Assembly: GCA_944332485.1 (NCBI GenBank)
Contig: CALVKB010000003.1
Span: forward strand, 1 to 58,881
Direction of reading: 5' to 3'
Length of the DNA: 58,881 nt
From: an uncultured Bacilli bacterium
GTDB taxonomy: Bacteria > Bacillota_I > Bacilli_A > RFN20 > CAG-288
Shown here: piece by piece, positions 40,384-48,790 of the stretch
How positions within the stretch are numbered: the first letter of the stretch is position 1
Layout of the letters: each line of letters starts with the position of its first letter
Translations under genes and position numbers: made by a program
Notes under the pieces: generated by a model
Seen by the model: the letters and a program-made list of their open reading frames with translations, nothing else
Databases searched by the model: none
What the model was told of the DNA's origin: nothing

Positions 40384-41073
40384 TTATTGTCTAAGTTCGC
40401 TAGAAACTTTGATGGAAGGACCCATAGTTGTAGTGATGAACATACTCTTAATATAGGTTCCTTTGACTGCTGATGGTTTAACTTTGTGAATAAGTTCCAA
40501 AACAATTCTGATATTATCAGCGATATCTTCAGCGGAGAAGCTAACTTTACCGATCATGCAGTGGACGTTACCTTCTTTGTCTGTGCGATATGTGATCTTA
40601 CCGTTTTTAATTTCTTTAACAGCTTCGCCGATGTTCATTGTAACTGTACCTGTTTTTGGGTTTGGCATCAAACCTTTAGGACCTAAAAGTTTACCCATTT
40701 TACCAAGTTCACCCATCATATCAGGTGTTGCGACTATAACATCGAAACCGAACCAGTTTTCCTTTTGAATTTTTTCAAGTAAATCTTTACCACCGACAAA
40801 GTCAGCACCGGCTTGTTTGGCTTCTTCTTGTTTGGTGTTGGTAACTGCTAAGATTGTCTTTGTCTTACCATTTCCGTGAGGTAATGAAACAGTACCACGA
40901 AGTTGTTGATCTGCTTGTTTGGTATCAAGGTTCAAATTGAATGCAAGTTCAATTGAACTATCGAATTTTGTTGTGCTAAGTTTCTTGATCAATTCACTAG
41001 CTTCTTTGATTGTGTAAACCTTGCTGGAATCTACAAGTTTCTTAACTTCAAGATATTTTTTACTTCTTCTCAT
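40384..41073 (-). CDS. rplA: 50S ribosomal protein L1
   Basis: 229 aa with typical L1 sequence (GTVSLPHGNGK, MGKLGKLLGPKGLMPNPK). Confidence 0.95.
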   Translation of the reverse strand: MRRSKKYLEVKKLVDSSKVYTIKEASELIKKLSTTKFDSSIELAFNLNLDTKQADQQLRGTVSLPHGNGKTKTILAVTNTKQEEAKQAGADFVGGKDLLEKIQKENWFGFDVIVATPDMMGELGKMGKLLGPKGLMPNPKTGTVTMNIGEAVKEIKNGKITYRTDKEGNVHCMIGKVSFSAEDIADNIRIVLELIHKVKPSAVKGTYIKSMFITTTMGPSIKVSSELRQ

Positions 41074-41086
41074 CTGTCATTCCTCC

Positions 41087-41506
41087 TTAATCATCAATTT
41101 TGATACCCATGGATTTTGCGGTACCTTCAATGCAGCGGATAGCTGCTTCAAGAGAATCAACATTGAGATCTGGCATCTTGTAGTTAGCAATTTTTTCAAT
41201 TTCACTACGAGAAACGTGACCGACGATGTCTTGTGATTTTGAGCTGCCCTTCTCCAAACCAGCGGCTTTCTTAAGTAAGAATGTGACTGGGCTTGTTTTA
41301 AGAACAACATCAAATGTTCTATCTTCGTAAATGGTGAGAATACAAGGTACTAATTCACCTCTACGATCAGCAGTTTTAGCATTGAAATCTTGACAGAATT
41401 TTGGACCGATACCATAAGGTCCTAATTTTTGTCCAAGTTTAGCAGGGCTTGCTTCGCCACCCATAGCCATGACTTTCATGACTCTTGTAACTTTTTTAGC
41501 TGCCAT
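41087..41506 (-). CDS. rplK: 50S ribosomal protein L11
   Basis: 139 aa with typical L11 sequence (PAKLGQKLGPYGI...). It lies upstream of rplA. Confidence 0.95.
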   Translation of the reverse strand: MAAKKVTRVMKVMAMGGEASPAKLGQKLGPYGIGPKFCQDFNAKTADRRGELVPCILTIYEDRTFDVVLKTSPVTFLLKKAAGLEKGSSKSQDIVGHVSRSEIEKIANYKMPDLNVDSLEAAIRCIEGTAKSMGIKIDD

Positions 41507-41666
41507 GAGACTATTTTCCTCCTATGTCTTGGCGTGGTTAATGAAGTGTTACTCTTCTCCCACGAATTCTTACAAGCAAAAAATGCCCATAAGTAATGAA
41601 AATTTTATCATAAGGTTTTTATAAAAACAATATAAAATTAAAATATTTTTAATATTTTTTATTTAG

Positions 41667-43067
41667 TTATATTTTATAGAAGAATTTTACAATTCTGTCT
41701 ATGTCTTTAATCTCATCCGTGAATGGTGGAAATCTGAGTTTATTAACTTTATTTGGAGCAATAGCAACGGATTTGATATGTGAAAATGTTTCAAAACCAT
41801 AAATTCCGTTAATCGAATTTATACCCGAATTTTTTACGCCATTATACGGAAGATTGTTGTTACTTAACTGAATTAAAGTATCATTGACACAAGCACCACC
41901 AAAGGAATATCTATTAAGTAAAATTTCTATATTTTTCAAATTTTTGCCAAAAATATAGAAAGCTATCGGTTTATTTTCCATCCTAACATCTAATTTAGTA
42001 AGTAAATCTGAAAAAGATTTATATGTGTAAATTGGCAAAATTGGTCCAAATATCTCTTCAATATCAAGTTTTGATTTAAAATTGACATCGCTGATTATAC
42101 CTTGTTGAAGTCTTAATTCATTTATATCAAGATTACCACCGGTATATGATTTTCCTTGAAGAAAATAGTTTTTCAATCTATCGAAATGTTTTTGATTGAC
42201 AACTTTCGAATATTTGCTTAAATCGTTGTTTTTTATATCGAAAAGTTTAAATATATGCTCTTTAAGTTTAGTTTTCACCAACTCCAACTGCGAATTCTTA
42301 ACATACAAATTGTCAACACTCACTGATGTTTGCCCACTGAAGAGAAATTTTCCTTTGACAATTTTCTCACAAGCAAGATCTATATCTGCATCTTCAAGTA
42401 AAACACATGGTGACTTGTCACTTAATAAAAATGTGAATTTGGATAGATTCAAACTAGCAAAATGCATAATTTGTTTAGCAACACTTTGTGAACCAGAATA
42501 AACAATATGATCAATTTTTTTATTTAAAAGAAAATTAGATTCTTCTTTTGTTAAAGATGCAACAAACAAATATTCTTTGTCAAAGTTAGAATTGATAATA
42601 TCAGAAAAGCTCTTTTTAAAATTGACCAAAGAGTCAGATATTCTAATTATCGTGACATTTCCAGCTGCTATCGACTCTATCATAGGTACTAAGGTAAATC
42701 TCAAAGGCAAATTGTACGAAGACATTATATAAGTCAATCCTAATGGTTCATAGATTTTGTACGTTTTATAAAACATCGTTGACATATTATTTTTAACTTT
42801 TTTAGGCATCACTAAAGTGTGAAGATTCTTCAAAAAATAATCAAGTTCAGAAAGACAAAACTCATATTCACTTTCTATATTATCAAATTCAAATAAGCCT
42901 AAATCTTGATTTAAACTTTTTATTATTGAAGAAAAGTTGTTTTTATCTGTCAGCACTTGTTTCAATTTTTGCAATACATCCAAACGAAAACAAAGAGATT
43001 TTGTTTTCTGTGTTTTATAAAAATTTGCTTGTAAATTGTAAACATGCTCTATCTCTTGATTTGTCAT
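41667..43067 (-). CDS. aldehyde dehydrogenase family (ALDH3-like) protein lacking the catalytic Cys and Glu
   Basis: ALDH blocks are recognisable: SSYNLP (PWN.P-type Asn), YSGSQSVAKQIM, EEIFGPILPIYTY, PYNGVKNSG. ELGGKSP reads LLSDKSP and GQTC reads GQTS. Start is set at ATG 43067 (MTNQEIEH); the track start is 43118. Confidence 0.8.
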   Translation of the reverse strand: MTNQEIEHVYNLQANFYKTQKTKSLCFRLDVLQKLKQVLTDKNNFSSIIKSLNQDLGLFEFDNIESEYEFCLSELDYFLKNLHTLVMPKKVKNNMSTMFYKTYKIYEPLGLTYIMSSYNLPLRFTLVPMIESIAAGNVTIIRISDSLVNFKKSFSDIINSNFDKEYLFVASLTKEESNFLLNKKIDHIVYSGSQSVAKQIMHFASLNLSKFTFLLSDKSPCVLLEDADIDLACEKIVKGKFLFSGQTSVSVDNLYVKNSQLELVKTKLKEHIFKLFDIKNNDLSKYSKVVNQKHFDRLKNYFLQGKSYTGGNLDINELRLQQGIISDVNFKSKLDIEEIFGPILPIYTYKSFSDLLTKLDVRMENKPIAFYIFGKNLKNIEILLNRYSFGGACVNDTLIQLSNNNLPYNGVKNSGINSINGIYGFETFSHIKSVAIAPNKVNKLRFPPFTDEIKDIDRIVKFFYKI

Positions 43068-43226
43068 TTTACTTAGCTCCGTGAATATTATCATATAATT
43101 TGGAAAATAAATGTACAAATTAAAAAATATTACACTTTAAACTCAATGCCAATTTATTATACAGATGGTATAATAATTTAAAGAGGAAGTGTTAAAGCGG
43201 ATCTCTTAATAGAGGAGGAAATTATT

Positions 43227-43694
43227 ATGTACCGCAATTACTTTCGTGTCAAAGGGTTAAATAGATTAAGTTCAATTTTAACAAGGTTCACAATATTGTT
43301 GATGGTCGCAACATTAGCTTGTGTAGCGATTGATATTTTGCCATTGCTCGGTGCTATGATTCAAGTTTTCGTAGTTTTAGGATATTTGGTTATCACATTT
43401 TGTACATTTTTCTTAATCTTATTGAATGAAAACTTCAGAGAGAAATTTAAAGAGCTTGGAAAATTTAGCAACTGGAGTGAATATGCAAATGATTTGGCTA
43501 TCAAAATGAAAAATATTCCTTTCATTCTTTTTTCAATATGTATAGTTCTTTGTATTGTTTGCATTATAAATTACATTATTAACAAAAATTACGATAGAAA
43601 AACTCACCTTATTGTAGTTCCGTGTGTCATGACATCACTTGCAACTGTCTTCACTATAATCCACATGATATTAATTAACGTTTTCAGTTATTAA
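43227..43694 (+). CDS. integral membrane protein, unknown function
   Basis: 155 aa with about four hydrophobic helices. A strong SD (GAGGAGG) precedes the start. Confidence 0.6.
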   Translation: MYRNYFRVKGLNRLSSILTRFTILLMVATLACVAIDILPLLGAMIQVFVVLGYLVITFCTFFLILLNENFREKFKELGKFSNWSEYANDLAIKMKNIPFILFSICIVLCIVCIINYIINKNYDRKTHLIVVPCVMTSLATVFTIIHMILINVFSY

Positions 43695-43707
43695 AAGGAG
43701 GCTCAGT

Positions 43708-44223
43708 ATGATTAAGATATGCACAAGTAATCTCAATGATGAAGTTCTAGTTTATTACAAAGATGCTCCTTTAAAATTCAAAAAGGAGAATGGAGATTTC
43801 GTCGCCGAAGTAGATTACTCCACTGAAATTGAATTGACATTTGTTTATATGCATGAATTTAGAAGTAAACTTTGGTTTTTATATATGCTTTTTTTCTACA
43901 TCATCTCAGTTTTTGGTCTTTTTGCAAAATTGTACGAAAAAAGTTGCATTCAATTAAATACCAAAGTTGTATTAAAGCCTAATTCATCAAATGAAGTTTA
44001 CAATTTTAGAATACACAAACCGAAAAACGCATCAAGTGAAATAGCTGTTTTATTTTCAAACGATGATCATTCGAAAAATATATTCTATGACGGTGATACA
44101 AATTTCTTCGTTGAAGATCCTGTTGCTAAGAAAAGAAAGAAATTATACAACTTATTCGCCGCTTTATCTTGGATTGCAATTATAATTTCAGTTGTCGTAA
44201 TTGTAATTGTTACTTTAATTTAG
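43708..44223 (+). CDS. membrane protein, unknown function
   Basis: 171 aa. A soluble N-terminal ~50 aa is followed by one TM helix (LWFLYMLFFYIISVFGLF), a ~80-aa domain, and a C-terminal TM helix (LSWIAIIISVVVIVIVTLI). AAGGAGG SD precedes the start, 13 nt after the previous gene. Confidence 0.6.
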   Translation: MIKICTSNLNDEVLVYYKDAPLKFKKENGDFVAEVDYSTEIELTFVYMHEFRSKLWFLYMLFFYIISVFGLFAKLYEKSCIQLNTKVVLKPNSSNEVYNFRIHKPKNASSEIAVLFSNDDHSKNIFYDGDTNFFVEDPVAKKRKKLYNLFAALSWIAIIISVVVIVIVTLI

Positions 44224-44288
44224 TTATTAATTAATATCAACATTCTATTTAAAACTATCAAAAAATTTATGTGATAAATTTTAGACTC

Positions 44289-44317
44289 TTTACATATAGT
44301 TTTTAATTTGCTATATT
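44289..44317 (+). promoter_or_regulatory. candidate sigma-70-type promoter of rplS
   Basis: TTTACA (44289-44294), a 17-nt spacer, then TATATT (44312-44317), about 90 nt upstream of rplS. Confidence 0.45.
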
Positions 44318-44323
44318 TTTCAT

Positions 44324-44408
44324 TGCAGTTTTTACTGCTTCGTGATGGTCCGCTGATTATGTTCATGAACATCCAAAAAACAAAATTACTTAAAGGAGGC
44401 AAAAAACG
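44324..44408 (+). promoter_or_regulatory. structured 5' UTR of rplS (possible L19 leader)
   Basis: Hairpin GCAGT-TTTT-ACTGC (44325-44338) and the 14-nt perfect palindrome ATGTTCATGAACAT (44359-44372) lie ahead of the SD AAAGGAGG. An L19 leader RNA is known upstream of rplS in low-GC Gram-positives. I cannot verify a match by eye. Confidence 0.3.
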
Positions 44409-44756
44409 ATGAATTTAAATTTAGTAAATGAAATCACACAAAGCCAACTTAGAAGTGACATTCCTAATTTTGCAACAGGTGACACTTTAAGAGTTCACGT
44501 CAAGATTAGAGAAAACAACAAAGAGCGTATTCAGATCTTCGAAGGTGTTTGTATCGCTCACAGAGGTAGTGGTGTCAGCAAGACATTTATCATCAGAAAG
44601 ATGAGTAACGGTGTCGGTGTTGAAAGAAACTTCTTAGTCAACTCACCATCTATCGCTAAAATTGAAGTTGTCCGTCACGGTAAAGTTCGCCGTAAGAAAA
44701 TTTTCTACATCAGAAAACTTACTGGTAAAAGTGCACGTTTGGAAGAAAAATTGTAA
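44409..44756 (+). CDS. rplS: 50S ribosomal protein L19
   Basis: 115 aa with typical L19 sequence ([29 protein letters not shown]). Confidence 0.95.
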   Translation: MNLNLVNEITQSQLRSDIPNFATGDTLRVHVKIRENNKERIQIFEGVCIAHRGSGVSKTFIIRKMSNGVGVERNFLVNSPSIAKIEVVRHGKVRRKKIFYIRKLTGKSARLEEKL

Positions 44757-44790
44757 AAAGGTTTCGCGAAAGCGAAATCTTTTTTTTATT
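44757..44790 (+). terminator. rho-independent terminator after rplS
   Basis: Stem AAAGGTTTCGC / GCGAAATCTTT with GAAA loop, followed by a T run. Confidence 0.8.
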
Positions 44791-44824
44791 CTGAAGAAAA
44801 TGAAAAAGTGTTAATATAAATACC

Positions 44825-44853
44825 TTGACACCATCTTTATAATTTTATAAACT
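44825..44853 (+). promoter_or_regulatory. candidate promoter of rpsP operon
   Basis: TTGACA (44825-44830), a 17-nt spacer, then TAAACT (44848-44853). The -10 element is imperfect. Confidence 0.35.
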
Positions 44854-44881
44854 TTATAAGGTTATTTAAGGAGAATAAATT

Positions 44882-45325
44882 ATGGTTAAAATCAGATTAA
44901 AAAGAATCGGTAGAACACATGATGTCACATATAGAATCGTTGTCTCTGATTCAAGAAATACCCCAAGAGGTATGAACAGTGAAGAAATCGGTCACTATGA
45001 TCCAAATATGCCAAGTGACAAATTCTTAGTTATCAACGAAGAAGCTGCTTTGAAATGGCTTAATTTAGGTGCAAGACCAAGTGAATCCGTTTTAACACTT
45101 TTAAAACAAACCGGTATCTATGCTAAATTCTTAGCTTCCAAGAAGAGTGCTGGTAAACAAGAGAAAGTTAAAAAGGAAGTTAACAAGACTTCTGGTAAAC
45201 AAAAACAGAAAGCTAAAGCTAGAAAAGAAGAATTGGCTGCTGCTAGAATCGCACGTCATAAAGCTAAACGTTTAGAAAAACGTCAAGATAAACAAAACCA
45301 AGCAACAGAGGAAGCTGCTGCTTAA
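44882..45325 (+). CDS. rpsP: 30S ribosomal protein S16 with Lys/Ala-rich C-terminal extension
   Basis: N-terminus MVKIRLKRIGRTHDVTYRIVV is typical S16. About 55 additional basic residues lie at the C-terminus. Confidence 0.95.
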   Translation: MVKIRLKRIGRTHDVTYRIVVSDSRNTPRGMNSEEIGHYDPNMPSDKFLVINEEAALKWLNLGARPSESVLTLLKQTGIYAKFLASKKSAGKQEKVKKEVNKTSGKQKQKAKARKEELAAARIARHKAKRLEKRQDKQNQATEEAAA

Positions 45326-45345
45326 TAATAAGGTAAGGTTTGGTT

Positions 45346-45618
45346 ATGGAACAAGTAAATATTCAAGAAGTACTTCAAACCTTAATTGAACCATTATTGG
45401 AAGTTAAAGCTGCTTTATTAATTAAGAGAATCGATAAAGAAGAAGACTTGGATAATGAAGTTCAAAACTACATTATTTGTCTTGATGATAAAGATTTTTT
45501 CAGATTTGTTTTAGGTAAAGGTGCTGGTTGTAATGCAATAAGAGATATTCTCTTCAACGTTGGTAGAAATTACAACAAGAAGATCAATGTCAAATTTGAA
45601 AATTTAAAAGAAGAGTAA
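45346..45618 (+). CDS. KH-domain RNA-binding protein (YlqC-like)
   Basis: GKGAGCNAIRDI is a KH GxxG-type loop. The position between rpsP and rimM is conserved. ATG 45346 lies 7 nt after AAGG; the track start is TTG 45340. Confidence 0.75.
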   Translation: MEQVNIQEVLQTLIEPLLEVKAALLIKRIDKEEDLDNEVQNYIICLDDKDFFRFVLGKGAGCNAIRDILFNVGRNYNKKINVKFENLKEE

Positions 45619-45634
45619 AAAATAATATTTATAC

Positions 45635-45668
45635 AAAAATGTTGCTATATAAAGGCAACATTTTTTAT
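45635..45668 (+). terminator. rho-independent terminator after the KH gene
   Basis: Stem AAAAATGTTGC / GCAACATTTTT with a 9-nt loop and a T run. It separates rpsP-KH from rimM-trmD. Confidence 0.7.
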
Positions 45669-45821
45669 TTAAAATTTGATTATTGAAACTGATAATAATA
45701 AAGAAAAAGATTTAAATATAAAACTATTTTTGTACAAAACAACTTTTATCTAATAATACAAATTTTTTTGTATATTCTTAAAATTTCTTATTTTTTTAAT
45801 ATAATTAAAAGGGGTAATTTG

Positions 45822-46316
45822 ATGGAAAGAAAAAGAATCGGACATATTGTCAACACCTTCGGATTGGATGGTGCTTTAAAAGTTGTAATAACAACCTCAT
45901 ATAAAGAGGAAAGATACACCAAAGGCAACAAAGTATTGATAAAAATCAATGACAATTTTGAAGAGCATATTATAAAAAAAGTCATCGATAAAAATGAGAA
46001 AGTCGTTGCATTATATTTAGAAGATATAAACGATATCAATATCGCTTTAAAATATATAAATTTAGATATCTATATGGATGTTGAACTTGAAAAAGGACAA
46101 TATTTTTTCGATGATTTAATTAATATGACAATATTAAATTCAAAAAATATCCCCTTAACCAAAGTGAAACAAGTTTTAACTCAATCATCTATCGTTTATT
46201 TGATAACTAATGAAGAAAAATACATCCCATTCCAAAAAGATATATTCATAAAATCAGTTGATGTTGAAAACAAAGAGATATTTTTAACTGAACTTGGAGA
46301 AGAAGTTATATTATGA
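45822..46316 (+). CDS. rimM: 16S rRNA processing protein RimM
   Basis: N-terminal IGHIVNTFGLDGALKV motif. ATG 45822 follows AAAAGGGG; the track start 45768 adds an unlikely hydrophobic extension. Confidence 0.85.
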   Translation: MERKRIGHIVNTFGLDGALKVVITTSYKEERYTKGNKVLIKINDNFEEHIIKKVIDKNEKVVALYLEDINDINIALKYINLDIYMDVELEKGQYFFDDLINMTILNSKNIPLTKVKQVLTQSSIVYLITNEEKYIPFQKDIFIKSVDVENKEIFLTELGEEVIL

Positions 46317-47038
46317 TAATCAACATTTTAACTTTGTTTCCAGAGTTTTTTGAATCACCTTTAAAAACATCTATTATTAAAAAAGCAATTTTGAAAGATA
46401 AATTGAAGGTGAATTTGATAAACTTTCGTGATTATTCAAAAAACAAAAATAAAAGAGTTGATTATCCACCATATGGTGGTGGTAACGGCATGATAATTTC
46501 TGTCGAACCAATATACGATTGCTTAAAAGCAAATGATCTTTTGAATAATTCCTACAAGATTTTATTAACCGCTGATGGGGAAACATATAATCAAAAAACT
46601 GCATTTGAATTGAAAAACGAACCTAATATAACAATCATATGTGGACATTATGAAGGATTTGATAAACGCGTTGAAAAATATATCGATAAGAAAATTAGTA
46701 TCGGTGACTACATTTTGACCGGTGGAGAAACTTCAGCTTTAGTTTTACTTGATTCTATCTGTCGCTTGCTCGACGGTGTTATTAAAAAAGAAAGTTACAC
46801 AGATGAATCTTTTTCCAATAATTTACTTGAATATGATCAATACACAATTCCGAAAATTTTCGATGATCAAGAAGTTCCATCTGTTTTACTAAGTGGCAAT
46901 CATCAGAAAGTTGATAATTTCAGATTAAAAAATAGCTTAGATAAAACCAAAAAATTACGCTATGATCTTTATAAAAAACATAGATTCACAAAGAAAGAAT
47001 ACGATCTAACTATAAATACAAAAGAAAATGACAAATAA
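46313..47038 (+). CDS. trmD: tRNA (guanine37-N1)-methyltransferase
   Basis: ILTLFPEFF, YGGGNGM and ICGHYEGFDKR motifs are present. It has an ATGA overlap with rimM. Confidence 0.93.
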   Translation: MIINILTLFPEFFESPLKTSIIKKAILKDKLKVNLINFRDYSKNKNKRVDYPPYGGGNGMIISVEPIYDCLKANDLLNNSYKILLTADGETYNQKTAFELKNEPNITIICGHYEGFDKRVEKYIDKKISIGDYILTGGETSALVLLDSICRLLDGVIKKESYTDESFSNNLLEYDQYTIPKIFDDQEVPSVLLSGNHQKVDNFRLKNSLDKTKKLRYDLYKKHRFTKKEYDLTINTKENDK

Positions 47039-47094
47039 AAACTATTAAGATTTTCAAATTTGAAACTTCACAAATTTTGTATCTTAATAGTTTT
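47037..47094. terminator. bidirectional terminator between trmD and ffh
   Basis: 15-bp arms AAAAACTATTAAGAT / ATCTTAATAGTTTTT enclose a 29-nt loop. The loop itself contains the palindrome TTTCAAATTTGAAA. Confidence 0.7.
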
Positions 47095-47099
47095 TTATT

Positions 47100-48443
47100 T
47101 TACTTTTTAACTTGATTCATCATCTGTTGAAGCATCTGTGGATTCATATTACCATTTTTGTATTGCTTCATCTGTTTAGCCATCAAATCAAATTTTTCCA
47201 AAACCTTAACAACATCTTTCTCTTTTAATCCGCTACCTTTAGCAATTCTCGCACGGCGGTTTTGTTTGATAAGTTCCGGTTTCTTTCTTTCCTTGATCGT
47301 CATTGAATTTATGCATGTTTCGACACGTTTCAATTCAGTTTGCAAACGCTCAATATCCTCATCTGACATTTTTGGCATACCTGGAATCAATCTTAAAAAT
47401 CTTGACATTGAGAATTTTTTCATCTGTTTTAATATTGCCAACATATCAGTCATGTCGAAAATTCCATTCATGATACGTTTGTTGGTCTTCATGATTTGCT
47501 GTTCATCAATAGTTGCTTGAATCTGCTCAATAACACCGATAATATCGCCTTGTCCAAGTATTCTTGAAGCCATACCATCGGGATGGAAATTTTCCAAATC
47601 AGTGACTTTTTCACCAATTGATGCATATTTGATCGGAAGATTTGTCATCTTCTTGATAGATAATGCTGCACCACCACGAGCATCACCATCAAGTTTACTC
47701 ATGATTATACCAGTGAGTTTAACTTTACTATGGAAGGTATTGGCAACATTAACTGCATTTTGACCAACCATAGCATCGACAAGCAACAATTCCTCATCAA
47801 GTGGTACTGCTTTTTCAATTTGATTAAGCTCATCCATGAGCTTCTCATCGATCTCCAAACGACCAGCTGTATCAATAAGCAAAACATCGTACTTTTCAGC
47901 AAGTGCTTTGTTATAAGCAGCATTAGCGATATTTGCAACTTTCTTGGTATCACGATCTACATAAACATCAACATCGATGGAATTAGCTAATGTCACTAAT
48001 TGATCTATAGCGGCTGGACGGTAAATATCACAAGCTGCGATCAAAACTCTCTTTTTATTCTGTTTTTTGTACAAATTAGCAAGTTTTGCAATAGCTGTGG
48101 TTTTACCAGTACCTTGCAAACCGACCAACATAATAACAGTAGGTTTATTGATGTTGAAACAAACATCGTTATCACCACTTCCCAACAACTTAGTGAGTTC
48201 ATCATAAGTTATTTTGATCATCGTTTCGGCAGGAGATAAGTTTTGGAAGACTTTTCTACCGATAGCCTCTTCACGGATGTTCTCGATAAATTCATTTGCT
48301 ACATCATAATTAACGTCAGCATCAAGTAAAGCAACACGAATTTCGTTTACAACTTCATTCATGTTATCTTCTGTTAAAGTTCTATTACCTTTTATTCTTT
48401 TAAATATATTGGTAAATTTTTCAGTTAAAGATTCAAATGCCAT
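47100..48443 (-). CDS. ffh: signal recognition particle protein Ffh
   Basis: SRP54 NG domain (GLQGTGKTT, DTAGR, KLDGDARGG) and a Met-rich M domain. Confidence 0.95.
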   Translation of the reverse strand: MAFESLTEKFTNIFKRIKGNRTLTEDNMNEVVNEIRVALLDADVNYDVANEFIENIREEAIGRKVFQNLSPAETMIKITYDELTKLLGSGDNDVCFNINKPTVIMLVGLQGTGKTTAIAKLANLYKKQNKKRVLIAACDIYRPAAIDQLVTLANSIDVDVYVDRDTKKVANIANAAYNKALAEKYDVLLIDTAGRLEIDEKLMDELNQIEKAVPLDEELLLVDAMVGQNAVNVANTFHSKVKLTGIIMSKLDGDARGGAALSIKKMTNLPIKYASIGEKVTDLENFHPDGMASRILGQGDIIGVIEQIQATIDEQQIMKTNKRIMNGIFDMTDMLAILKQMKKFSMSRFLRLIPGMPKMSDEDIERLQTELKRVETCINSMTIKERKKPELIKQNRRARIAKGSGLKEKDVVKVLEKFDLMAKQMKQYKNGNMNPQMLQQMMNQVKK

Positions 48444-48445
48444 AT

Positions 48446-48772
48446 TTAAAACTCCATAATCTCATTAATATCTTGAATAAGCTTATCAGCTGATTTCTCA
48501 TTATAGCAAGAAACACATTCATACAGACGATTAATTTTGTCAGATAATCCTAATTTTTCTTCATAGTATTCCAACTTGTTGATACCAGATAAAATAGATT
48601 CATAACAACAAGCACGTGAAATTTTCTCATTGATAGCTATTTCAGAAATCGAGAGATCTTCCACGATGTACAAATATGTCCTATGATATGTTTTTTCTGG
48701 AAGCAATTTTCCATAAACATAAAACATCCTCACTAAAGAAGGTGTGATATTTATAACTTTTTTCATTTTCAA
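48446..48772 (-). CDS. ylxM: YlxM-family helix-turn-helix protein
   Basis: ~108 aa with DLSISEIAINEKISRACCYESI (HTH). It occupies the conserved position between ftsY and ffh. Confidence 0.75.
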   Translation of the reverse strand: MKMKKVINITPSLVRMFYVYGKLLPEKTYHRTYLYIVEDLSISEIAINEKISRACCYESILSGINKLEYYEEKLGLSDKINRLYECVSCYNEKSADKLIQDINEIMEF

Positions 48773-48790
48773 TTAAAAGGATGATTAAGA

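Noticed and set aside
41507-41600. Hairpin CGTGG...CCACG in the rplK 5' UTR as a possible L1/L11 autoregulatory leader.
   Set aside because: It has only a 5-bp stem with a 22-nt loop, and I cannot match it to the known L1-binding mimic by eye. It is too weak to report as a feature.
44882-45325. Basic or acidic low-complexity tails on housekeeping proteins (S16 C-terminus, FtsY N-terminus, RpoC C-terminus) as something unusual.
   Set aside because: Such charged extensions are common in low-GC reduced genomes and in FtsY A domains. There is no specific signal beyond composition.
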